From a virus (taxonomy: Duplodnaviria; Caudoviricetes), in IMG/VR virus record IMGVR_UViG_3300043432_000485, positions 96,001 to 160,000 of that record: 64,000 nt of DNA; one strand, written 5' to 3'. A program made the position numbers and the translations under genes. Under the pieces are notes generated by a model, which saw only the letters and a program-made list of their open reading frames with translations, ran no database searches and was not told the DNA's origin. Below, one piece after another: positions 9,116 to 17,632 of the stretch. The first letter of the stretch is position 1; every line of letters starts with the position of its first letter.

Positions 9116-9522
9116 TTGCTTGGATCCTTGGGGGGTTGAGACGGTGGGCTGATGGAGTCATCTACACCGGGGAGGTTGATGTCGATCCCTTCTTTCTTGG
9201 CCAAGCCCTTCAAGAACTCGTAAGCCCACACAGAGAGCGCTCCCGCAAGTGCGAAGTAGCCCATGCTCGCCGGAAGAGACGTGATGCCCGCTTCCGGGAC
9301 CCGCCAGATCGCTCCAACGGCCATTCCAACCGCTATCGGATGCAGGGGGAGAGTCTTGCGACCCCACCAGAAAAACCACAAGGGTTTCTTGGTCTTATAG
9401 GCGTCTTTCGTGAAAATGACGTTTTTCACTACTTGCCCGATAATCATGAAGATCGCCAAAGCCGAAATAAACGGCCAATGGGGTAACACATTGTCGGTGA
9501 TTATCTTAACGGTCTCATCCAC
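9112..9522 (-). CDS. Putative holin (about 3 TM segments)
   Basis: Start moved from the track's 9597 to GTG at 9522 (GAGAGG 6 nt upstream). 136 aa with three hydrophobic segments and a charged/Pro-rich C-terminus, located after the last fibre gene. The CDS is well supported; the holin function is inferred. Confidence 0.55.
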   Translation of the reverse strand: MDETVKIITDNVLPHWPFISALAIFMIIGQVVKNVIFTKDAYKTKKPLWFFWWGRKTLPLHPIAVGMAVGAIWRVPEAGITSLPASMGYFALAGALSVWAYEFLKGLAKKEGIDINLPGVDDSISPPSQPPKDPSK

Positions 9523-9523
9523 A

Positions 9524-9545
9524 GGGCACCTCTCTCCAAGTGCCC
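9524..9545 (-). promoter_or_regulatory. Stem-loop overlapping the ribosome-binding site of the holin-like gene
   Basis: Minus strand GGGCACTT-GGAGAG-AGGTGCCC is an 8-bp stem (one G:U) ending 1 nt before GTG at 9522. Confidence 0.5.
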
Positions 9546-9560
9546 CTATATAGGAGGAAA

Positions 9561-9755
9561 CTAAGTACTTTTGACTGGTAACGTCCCGGCTTCCCATTTG
9601 GCAATCCGGCGTAGCAGCTCTGAGTACTGATCCCGCAGCTCTCTAGAAAGTGTGGGGTCAGCCAGAGCAGCTTGATACCGTGCCCTGGCTGCCATAGCGC
9701 TTAACTTCCGCTGGTGAATGGGAAGCTCAATATACGTGGCTCTTTGGAGAGTCAC
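9561..9755 (-). CDS. Small hypothetical protein
   Basis: 64 aa, fills the gap 3 nt after the 1460-aa gene, plausible helical sequence. Confidence 0.6.
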   Translation of the reverse strand: MTLQRATYIELPIHQRKLSAMAARARYQAALADPTLSRELRDQYSELLRRIAKWEAGTLPVKST

Positions 9756-9758
9756 CGA

Positions 9759-12700
9759 TCAGCTCCTTTGCGAGAGCTGGATCGCAGACGGATCCAGCTG
9801 CAGCCGGACGTTGTTGCGAACGAGGGGGTGCCCCTCGATGCGATACAAGTCCGCCGCCGAGTATCCCTCCCCAGCACCATTCGTGCTGATCGTGACAAAC
9901 CCCGGAGTTGGGTTAGGAGCGATCGCGGCCGGACGCTGGGCAGTGGTCACCACCAGCAACATCAGCTCGTCTCCGGCTGACACTTCAGAAGCTCCGACGT
10001 TGGTGACGAAGTTCCTAACCAACATGGCTCGGCCTTGGAGCAGATTGCAATGTGTCGTCTGTGCAACCACCGCTTGGTTCTGCAGCGAAAGAGTCCCGCC
10101 GGGGTGAGAACCGTTCGCTGTGAACACCGAGCCGCCTCGATAGACACGGTAGTTGGTGAGCAGACTGAAGTCGCCCTGCTCTCCATCGACATGCACGAGC
10201 AAGTCGCCTGGGGAACCGACACCACTGGAGCCAGAATCTAGGATGACCTCATCCTGCTCCAGCTGATGGCTCGCGGCCAAGCCCGTAGCCGGACCGACAC
10301 CCACGATATCTGAGTAGAGCAGAGGCGCGGGGGTAGGACCAAAGCCCTGACCTCGGAAGTCCTTGTCACGGAACAACCCGCCAAGAGGCAGGCGCTCTGT
10401 GCACCCAAGATACTCGGTGCCAATGCTTGTCACGTCATTGGTAGAGAAGTTGCCAGCGAGAACCTGAGGACGCGGGGCGACGCCAGAGTTGGGTGGGAAC
10501 ACCGCTGGGTCTTCATAGGCTACATCCCTGAAGTCCAACGCGTTCAACACCGCATCAGCCGAGTAGCGACCAGTACCCAAATCGGTGCTGAAGCTAGTGG
10601 CAGCCACCACCTCCAACAGTTTCTGATTGGGGCGAGTCAAAGCATCCGGGTTCAACGGGGTGGCTAGCTGGAACGCTCTCTGAGATTGGATCGGCCCATA
10701 AGAGTACGGGAGATCCGTGTAGCTGGTCTGGCTTCCCCAGGCATCTCCCTGATACACAGTGCGGCTGTAGTTGATCAGGATCTGATCCGACTGTTCAGCC
10801 GGTCCAGGAAGAACACCGGACACGCTAGCTACAAACTTGTTGATGTTGGCGTCTCGGCCTACCTGAGTGCCCGCTACGTTGACGTTACCAACGCCACCGG
10901 CCACGGAACTCCAACCATTGACGGTCTGAGGACGTGTCAGGACGAGACGGAACTCCTTGCTCACGTCGAAGGAGCCACGATCGAAACCGAACACTACAGC
11001 CTCGACCACGTATGTCCCTAGATCGAAGCTGGAGATGGGCGTCGGTGCTTTGGTGATGTCGATTGCATTAGCATTGAGGATGAAAGTAGAGTCTCCATCC
11101 GCATCAATCTCGATCCACATGGCCGGACCATCGTTTGGACCCATGGCTTGACGCAGGAGGTTGACTGCAGTTCCCACGCCGCCCGTTTGACGGGTATCCG
11201 TGAAAGGACTGCCAGCGACCGCATAGTCGCTTGCTTGGTAGACACCCATGATGCGCGAGACGCCATAGAAGGGAGGGAACTCCAGGCCCTTGCGATTCAA
11301 GCCACGTGTATCGGTGAAGAACCTGATACCGGCCCACAGATTGCTCTCTGTTCCAGTTACCGCGGTGTTGTAGGAGATTGGAGTAGTGTACGGGGTGATA
11401 GCAGTAACCTGACTGAACACCGAGTACTCATTCGAACCGCTGCCACCGTTGAAATAGGCGGCGTAGTTGCTCTGAACGGAGGCTCCGCTTGCACTGCGGA
11501 TCACATAGTTGATGCCGCTTACGAATGAAGCCGAGTCCACCGGGAGGATCGGGGTCCGGACTTCACCCCAACCTGGCACCAGGTACCTCGGAAGCGTCAC
11601 GTAGACACTCTCGTAGGACAGATTTGCAGGCCCGGTGAGGCTGGCCGACGTCCCGCAAAACAAACCTAGGGGATCGGTTTGAGTCCACTTGGAGGCGCCA
11701 TTGACATCACCCAAGGGCATGCAGCCCTGAGCGCTGTGGATCGTGAATGCTAGAGAAGTGCCCGACGGTACCAGGATTGGCCGATCAACCGTGATGGTCA
11801 CGCCCGGGGTGATGGCAGTGATCGTGTACGAACCTGTTCCTGGGCCGCTTGCGATGATCAAGGCGTCCCGTACTGCTGTAGTACCGGTTGGGCCAACGTT
11901 GATCACACGCCCGTTGGCCGAAGCCGCGGTGCCAGAGGTGACTACGCTACCTGCCTTAACCGCCGGAACGGGATTGGCTGCAATACCATCGATTGTGAGC
12001 GGAGTCGGGAAGTCGATGCGTCGGAAGGGAGTGACAATCAGCGTCTTGCTGCCAAGGTCAGCATACGTCTCCGCCGTAACAGGAAGGGCACCATTCAGAG
12101 GGGCTGGACGGTACTTGCTCCACAGAGGAGCCCATGCGACCTGCGCGCTCTTGTTGTTCGTGGGGATCCCAGACTGCTTGGTCATCAGGTCCGTTGAGGG
12201 GGACAAGAACGAGACCGAGTGTAGTGAGTCTGGACGCCGAGAGAGCCCGCGGCCAGGACCGTACACGACGTGCGCCCTGATGTGCAGCAGCTTAGGCGTA
12301 GGAGACGTGTTGGTCTGGTTGGCGAAGAACGGAGACAAGAAGGTGATGGTCAGATCATCGGTCGGTGTCGGGTTCGCCGGAGTGACCGAGTACATGGTTG
12401 TGGGGATGTCCCCCGTCTCACCATCGAAGCGAAGGCGAACCGCACCTGACACGCTATCGTTCAGCCAGCGCACCTGATCGGTAGAACCTGCCTGTAGACC
12501 ACCCTTGAGCTGGTTCACAGGGAGCACAATCGTATCGAGAGCCGTGAACTGTCCACCAACACTCTGCAAGGTCGTATTGACCACTAGGCCAACCGAGAAA
12601 CCAGAGACGTTGATCGGGGTTCCTGGACCCGGAGCCACGCTTGTGCCATGCGGCTGTGCAATGCACTCCACTGGCTGAATCGTAGCCGCGTCTGAGAATA

Positions 12701-14141
12701 CGGTGCGGATGTTGTCAGGGGCGTCGAGCTTGGTGACACCCATAGACACGGCCGCCGACGTGATCGAATCCTGGTAGTGGACGTACGAACCGCGAGGTCC
12801 GCCACCGGATAGCTTCCAGTTGGCGCGCAGCTGTCCGCGCAAGAGCTTGTCCAGATTGCTCTTGAGCAACGCCTGGTAGTCGAACCCGTTCGGATTGACG
12901 ACGTGACGCAAATCCAAAATGTCCGAGTTAGCGATCTGATCCGAGAACAACCCATCGGGCCGCGAGGAGATCACTTTGACGGTTGCGCCAGCCTTATGGG
13001 CCTCTGCCACTGTGCCGTTAGACCCTCTGCTACCAGCCACGATGTTGAGCGTGGTACCGGTGATGGACGAGTAGGTCATCAGCTCGTCTCCGATCTGGAT
13101 CAGCACAGGAGTCGCAGGGCTGGCTGGCAGCGGGATAGCTGTCACAGAAGCCAAGGTCATCGTGAGAGCCGTAGACGTGACGGCAGAGGCCAATGAAGGC
13201 GTCGTCGAGAACGTCTTGATCCCCGTGCGATCAACCGCCGTCGGATTCCGGTTGAAGCCGCCGTTCAGGTTCTGGCTTGGGTTGCCATTCCAGGTGACCG
13301 AGTTGCGGCGGAACACAGCCGCCATGGGGACCGCGTAGACGTAACCGTCGACTGTGCCCAAAGCATTCTGAGTTCCATCACCAGCGCGCCACAATCCCGG
13401 GTCCCCGAGCGTCTGGCGCATGTTGGCGAAGGTATACGACGTCGGTGTTGCGGCGGCGCCTTGGCCCTTCACAACAACCGGGTCAAAGCCGTCAGGGTTG
13501 TTGGAGAAGCCCACCAAGCCCTTGACCACACGAATACGGTATTGCACCTGGACACGCTGATTGGTCTCATACCCAAACGCCGGGTCAACCAGGTCATCAG
13601 CCAAGAAGCTGTTGCCGCCTTCAACGTTACCGTTGCGATAGATGGCCGAAGCCGCGGGCTTGTTGGTCACCGACGGGTTGGGCTGCACGCGCACCTTGAA
13701 CACTTCAAGGAACACGAAGTCGATCCGGAAGTCACCACTGGCCGCCGGAGGAGGGTCCAACGCAATGATGTTGGTGGTGTCGACGTTGTTGGGGCTGCCA
13801 GGGGGAGAGCCAGTCTTGGTGGCCGTCACAGGAATGAGATACCCCGCAACGTTGGCCCACATCACTCCGCGCTGCTCGCCTGAACGCTGAGGTCCAAACT
13901 TGAAGAAATTTGACCAGGTTGGGTTGGTCAGATAGCACGCCTGCAGATTGGTTTCGTTACCCAAGAACCCCGAGGGGAGCCCACGTAGCACAGAGCTTCG
14001 AACAGCGTCGATCCCCAGCTGTTGCATCAATAGGAGTTCCGAGTCTGTCGGCGGCTTACCTTGCTGCCAAATGGTAGTGACGTATTGGGTGTCGTCTGAC
14101 AGCAATACCCTGGATACCCCCGGGCCGAAGTTATCGCTCAT
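9759..14141 (-). CDS. Large tail fibre/baseplate-anchored structural protein, paralogue of 22089..24707
   Basis: 1460 aa, Thr/Ser/Gly/Val-rich. N-terminal WQQGKPPTDSELLLMQQL resembles DUF6519/DUF4815-type fibre anchors. About 300 aa are shared with the 872-aa protein. Confidence 0.8.
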   Translation of the reverse strand: MSDNFGPGVSRVLLSDDTQYVTTIWQQGKPPTDSELLLMQQLGIDAVRSSVLRGLPSGFLGNETNLQACYLTNPTWSNFFKFGPQRSGEQRGVMWANVAGYLIPVTATKTGSPPGSPNNVDTTNIIALDPPPAASGDFRIDFVFLEVFKVRVQPNPSVTNKPAASAIYRNGNVEGGNSFLADDLVDPAFGYETNQRVQVQYRIRVVKGLVGFSNNPDGFDPVVVKGQGAAATPTSYTFANMRQTLGDPGLWRAGDGTQNALGTVDGYVYAVPMAAVFRRNSVTWNGNPSQNLNGGFNRNPTAVDRTGIKTFSTTPSLASAVTSTALTMTLASVTAIPLPASPATPVLIQIGDELMTYSSITGTTLNIVAGSRGSNGTVAEAHKAGATVKVISSRPDGLFSDQIANSDILDLRHVVNPNGFDYQALLKSNLDKLLRGQLRANWKLSGGGPRGSYVHYQDSITSAAVSMGVTKLDAPDNIRTVFSDAATIQPVECIAQPHGTSVAPGPGTPINVSGFSVGLVVNTTLQSVGGQFTALDTIVLPVNQLKGGLQAGSTDQVRWLNDSVSGAVRLRFDGETGDIPTTMYSVTPANPTPTDDLTITFLSPFFANQTNTSPTPKLLHIRAHVVYGPGRGLSRRPDSLHSVSFLSPSTDLMTKQSGIPTNNKSAQVAWAPLWSKYRPAPLNGALPVTAETYADLGSKTLIVTPFRRIDFPTPLTIDGIAANPVPAVKAGSVVTSGTAASANGRVINVGPTGTTAVRDALIIASGPGTGSYTITAITPGVTITVDRPILVPSGTSLAFTIHSAQGCMPLGDVNGASKWTQTDPLGLFCGTSASLTGPANLSYESVYVTLPRYLVPGWGEVRTPILPVDSASFVSGINYVIRSASGASVQSNYAAYFNGGSGSNEYSVFSQVTAITPYTTPISYNTAVTGTESNLWAGIRFFTDTRGLNRKGLEFPPFYGVSRIMGVYQASDYAVAGSPFTDTRQTGGVGTAVNLLRQAMGPNDGPAMWIEIDADGDSTFILNANAIDITKAPTPISSFDLGTYVVEAVVFGFDRGSFDVSKEFRLVLTRPQTVNGWSSVAGGVGNVNVAGTQVGRDANINKFVASVSGVLPGPAEQSDQILINYSRTVYQGDAWGSQTSYTDLPYSYGPIQSQRAFQLATPLNPDALTRPNQKLLEVVAATSFSTDLGTGRYSADAVLNALDFRDVAYEDPAVFPPNSGVAPRPQVLAGNFSTNDVTSIGTEYLGCTERLPLGGLFRDKDFRGQGFGPTPAPLLYSDIVGVGPATGLAASHQLEQDEVILDSGSSGVGSPGDLLVHVDGEQGDFSLLTNYRVYRGGSVFTANGSHPGGTLSLQNQAVVAQTTHCNLLQGRAMLVRNFVTNVGASEVSAGDELMLLVVTTAQRPAAIAPNPTPGFVTISTNGAGEGYSAADLYRIEGHPLVRNNVRLQLDPSAIQLSQRS

Positions 14142-15043
14142 GGTGTTGTCCTCTGATCTGGTTCATGGGTGTCAACTTGATGGTTCATAGGGAGTTTCTT
14201 GAAACGCGGCATACCCAAGCGTTTCCTATACAGGTGCACACTGGCCTTGGATACACCGAATAAATCTGCCACATCAGTGTCTAGCATCGTTCCGACTGAG
14301 CTGTGCCATGGCCGTAGCGCAGGAACTTGAAGGCGCGGTTTAAATGCAGAGATCTGGGACTGAGGGCTCCCAACCACTCGGAGTTTCCATACCCTGTTTA
14401 CCGTAGAGGGGTCCGTTCTAGGAGTGGGGGTTCTCTTTTGGGTCCGTTCTCGATGACAATTAGCGCACACTACTTCACACTTAGCCGCTTCATCTAAAAT
14501 CTTCTGTCTGCTTCTCATGTGGGGGACAGGTCCTACGCGAATCCCGCGTACATGATCAAAATCCATCTGGCAGAAATGAAACGATTTGCCACAGTCAAGG
14601 CACGGATGGGACTTGAGTTGAATGACCAATCTCCGACGACTATCTTCCCACTTGGTACCAGGAACCCACGTCCTTAAGCGATGACAACAAACACAAACCA
14701 CGTCACATTTGGCAACCTCTTCTAGGATTGTCCTCCACGGAGAATTGCTCTTATTGATCAACTGAGAAACCTCATGGAGCTTGTTGGCGGGGTTCCGGTG
14801 ATCAAAATCCATCACATGCGGAGGGAAAGAAAGTGCGCAGTCCGCACAAGGGACTGACTTCAGAACATCGATGGCTGCATGGCGTTCTAGCTTCTTACGT
14901 CTTTGGGCCTCAGAGTTTTTAGTGTAGCGGGTATCTTTCCTGGCATGTTGTTGCAGGGATTCACATATTCGGCAGATCCGCCTATGCTTACGGAAGTTGA
15001 TCCCCTCTACTCCGCACTCACGGCATTGTCGATTTTCCGCCAT
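14138..15043 (-). mobile_element. Endonuclease with two tandem HNH domains and a C-terminal HTH
   Basis: Two copies of CxDC..F...MDFDH...KC.VVCxxCHR.RT, an N-terminal CxxC/CxxC, and DVADLFGVSKASVHLYRKRLG (HTH). Start moved to ATG 15043 because the track's TTG at 15073 lies inside a terminator U-tract. Visibly more AT-rich than its neighbours. Confidence 0.8.
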
Positions 15044-15071
15044 CCTTCTCAACCTACACCACACGTCAATC

Positions 15072-15105
15072 AAAGAAAAAGGGCCAGCCGGATACCGACT
15101 AGCCC
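15072..15105 (-). terminator. Rho-independent terminator
   Basis: Minus strand GGGCTAGTCGG-TAT-CCGGCTGGCCC (11-bp stem with two G:U pairs) followed by TTTTTCTTT, 25 nt after the stop of 15131..17080. Confidence 0.85.
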
Positions 15106-15130
15106 CTCCTCATGCCTAAAGCCTAAGGAC

Positions 15131-17080
15131 TCAGTGCGGATGCGCCGCTACCCAGTCAGATATAGCACGGGCTTTATGAGCGGACGTGATAGCTTGCCCC
15201 GTGGAGCTGTAGCTACCCCAAGCGCTGCCACTCGTCCACGTTCCATACAGGGTGTAGATGTTGCAAGGACCGTTCAGCTTGGCTGACAGCTGGTCCAGCA
15301 TGTACTTGTACGCGTCGTAGCTCTGAGGATTGTTCGAGAACTTGTCCGCGTTCGTGTAGTACCCACCACCCAGCTCATAGCAACCCGTCATGGGGATGCC
15401 ATAGGTCTTTGCATCGCGGGTGATGTTGGCTACGGGCTCCCCTGATACCATCCGATCCACGTCAGCCTTGAAATCGGCGAGCATTGTGGAGGATGCCCCG
15501 TCTTTGCCGCCGCCCGGATACGGGGCCGAGGCCAAGAGGTCAATCTTCTGGCTCGTTGGATTCCAGGTGCTCGACTTGTACACGCTAGCCAAAGCCTGAG
15601 TGCTGAGGTCAAGATTTCCGGAAGTAGAGAACACCCGGATCACTTTGGTGCCCATTGCAGGCTGCCCGAAGATGTTCTGGAAGATCTGGTACATCTGAAG
15701 CGCACGGTACATCTCCCAGGCAATGCCCTGGTAATACTGGTTGCCGCCCGGTAGACCCTTTGCGGCGCCTTGCGAGTTGGCGTACCCGAACTGGCTGAAC
15801 TGGCCGTTCCAAACCTCATTGGACAGCTCGATGTAGACCTTGTGATTGCTGGAGATCCGCTGATTGATGAGCGTCGCCATTTGCAGGATGTAATCGTCGG
15901 TTGCCTGCACAGGAATGTTAAACCAGCAGTCCACGTTTCCGCGGTTGCAAAGGTCAATCTGCCACTCGATCGCCACCCCAGGGGTCTTGGGCGGGGTGTT
16001 CGGATCCATGTAGGCCGCCGAGGCATTGCCCGGATCGGTCGGCAAGCGCCGCTCGCTCCAGTTCTGAATGCCGCTCCAGTTGGTGTTGTTCAGGTCCATC
16101 ATACGGAACACCGAGTAGTTCTTGAGATCGGACAAGAACTGGGGATTCCAGATGTTAACGCCCGTGGAATAAGCGGTTGCCCAGTTGATTCCACTGACCA
16201 TCAGATTGTTTCCCGTCCAGCTCCCCTGGAACCAGCTCTGAGTGCCTACTGAGAAGCCCGTGGAAGGAGCGACTCCGCCGCCAGAGCCTCCCGAGCCACC
16301 AGCCCCACCGGCGCCCGCTCCGCTAGAGCCTCCGATACCACCAGCTCCCCCAGAACCTCCGACTGGAGGAACAACAGCCGTAACGTTGAAGAACACGCTA
16401 GCGCCGTCATGCCATGCGCCAACCGAGTCCTGATAGGTCGGATAAGCTTCCCATTTACCAACGACGTCAGCCGTTGTGAAGGTCCGCGTCCCCGTGAGGG
16501 GTGCGGATCCATTTGCTGCAATGGTCGTCGCACCCAGAGTCGGCAGCATATCATCGAAAGGCCCACCAGAGTGCGTGGCGCCCGGTGCCCGAATGGCAAT
16601 CACGACCTGCTGCACGCTGATCGGAGCACTCGACGTGTTTCCGTAGGTGACCTTCCCGGTCAACGTTTGGCCTTGAGCCAATGTCGCCTTGTCGAGCGAC
16701 AACGCGGACGAAACCACGATCCCGCCCTGACCCGATGAGCCACCTTGCCCGGCCGAGCCCGCAGCACCTGCAGAGCCCCCAACCCCGCCGGCACCAGCCA
16801 CTGAGCCGCCTGCTCCTGCAGATCCAGCGACACCACCGGATCCACCTTTACCAGCTGAGCCCGCGACTCCAGCCGAACCGGCGCTTCCGCCCTGCCCAGC
16901 TGAACCAGCGACGCCACCGGATCCACCTGCACCGCCCGCGCCACCTGAACCACCTACCACGTAGGGGCAGATCATGACGGGATAGCAGGCATTCTGTTGT
17001 GCACTAACGACACCCTTGTAACCAAGGAATGCGGCTAGCGCGATCCCAAGAGCTAGAATCACGTTTCTTGTTTTGTTCAT
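15131..17080 (-). CDS. Secreted putative glycoside hydrolase (TIM-barrel, 'cellulose-binding domain protein'-like family) with Gly/Ala/Ser linkers and an Ig-like domain
   Basis: Signal peptide, two GGSGGAGG linkers around an Ig-like domain, then FRMMD..N.N.S...GVAIEWQIDLCN...WFNIP...DDY...YIELSNEVWN and GCYELGG (candidate acid/base and nucleophile Glu). Confidence 0.7.
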   Translation of the reverse strand: MNKTRNVILALGIALAAFLGYKGVVSAQQNACYPVMICPYVVGGSGGAGGAGGSGGVAGSAGQGGSAGSAGVAGSAGKGGSGGVAGSAGAGGSVAGAGGVGGSAGAAGSAGQGGSSGQGGIVVSSALSLDKATLAQGQTLTGKVTYGNTSSAPISVQQVVIAIRAPGATHSGGPFDDMLPTLGATTIAANGSAPLTGTRTFTTADVVGKWEAYPTYQDSVGAWHDGASVFFNVTAVVPPVGGSGGAGGIGGSSGAGAGGAGGSGGSGGGVAPSTGFSVGTQSWFQGSWTGNNLMVSGINWATAYSTGVNIWNPQFLSDLKNYSVFRMMDLNNTNWSGIQNWSERRLPTDPGNASAAYMDPNTPPKTPGVAIEWQIDLCNRGNVDCWFNIPVQATDDYILQMATLINQRISSNHKVYIELSNEVWNGQFSQFGYANSQGAAKGLPGGNQYYQGIAWEMYRALQMYQIFQNIFGQPAMGTKVIRVFSTSGNLDLSTQALASVYKSSTWNPTSQKIDLLASAPYPGGGKDGASSTMLADFKADVDRMVSGEPVANITRDAKTYGIPMTGCYELGGGYYTNADKFSNNPQSYDAYKYMLDQLSAKLNGPCNIYTLYGTWTSGSAWGSYSSTGQAITSAHKARAISDWVAAHPH

Positions 17081-17091
17081 GGAGTCCTACC

Positions 17092-17113
17092 GAAGAGGTT
17101 TAGAAGAGGTTTA
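17092..17113. repeat. Perfect 11-bp tandem repeat (GAAGAGGTTTA x2) between speD and the hydrolase gene
   Basis: Read directly at 17092-17102 and 17103-17113. Confidence 0.8.
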
Positions 17114-17563
17114 GGCGTTCACTCTAAGCGGAACCCGCACCCTTCGAGGGGTGGTTGGGCTGCCCTTTTGGGGCTTGATATGATTCCTGAGTTTCATGCA
17201 GTTCCCTGCAGTTAGCTCCGGGTTGAGCCCTCTGTCGATCTCCAACATCTCAAACTTTTTGGCCGTGAGACCAGTCATCAGGACGTCGTGTGACTTTTCC
17301 GGGGCGCCACTGCCACAAGTGTAAAAATCCACTGCCGCATAACCAATCTCGGGCCACGTGTGAATCGACAGATGGGATTCCTCCAGCACTACTACCCCTG
17401 TCACGCCTTGGGGTACAAAAGGGTGAAAGACCGATGCCACGATGGTCATTTGGGCGGCGCGGGCCGCTTGCTCCATCAGGGTTCGAATCTGGTCAACATC
17501 GTTAAGTGCGTCGAAATTGCATCCGGCGTACTCGACCAGTAGGTGTCTACCATTCGTGTTCAA
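17111..17563 (-). CDS. speD: S-adenosylmethionine decarboxylase proenzyme (class 1B)
   Basis: GRHLLVEY.GC...HPF.PQGVTGVVVLEESHLSIHTWPEIGYAAVDFYTCG, with the canonical E|S cleavage site. Start set at TTG 17563 (GGAGG 8 nt upstream) rather than 17608. Confidence 0.95.
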   Translation of the reverse strand: MNTNGRHLLVEYAGCNFDALNDVDQIRTLMEQAARAAQMTIVASVFHPFVPQGVTGVVVLEESHLSIHTWPEIGYAAVDFYTCGSGAPEKSHDVLMTGLTAKKFEMLEIDRGLNPELTAGNCMKLRNHIKPQKGSPTTPRRVRVPLRVNA

Positions 17564-17632
17564 CTCACGGGCCTCCAAGTTACAGGGTGAAACGTACAAA
17601 GAGATCAAGGTGCCCGATGAGACGGGGTCCGC

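Noticed and set aside
9551-9560. AGGAGG on the plus strand as a ribosome-binding site for a plus-strand gene
   Set aside because: No credible plus-strand ORF starts at suitable spacing.
16250-16965. GC-rich repeated tracts resembling a repeat array or collagen
   Set aside because: They are Gly/Ala/Ser linker codons inside the hydrolase gene. There are no constant repeats with unique spacers and no G-X-Y periodicity.
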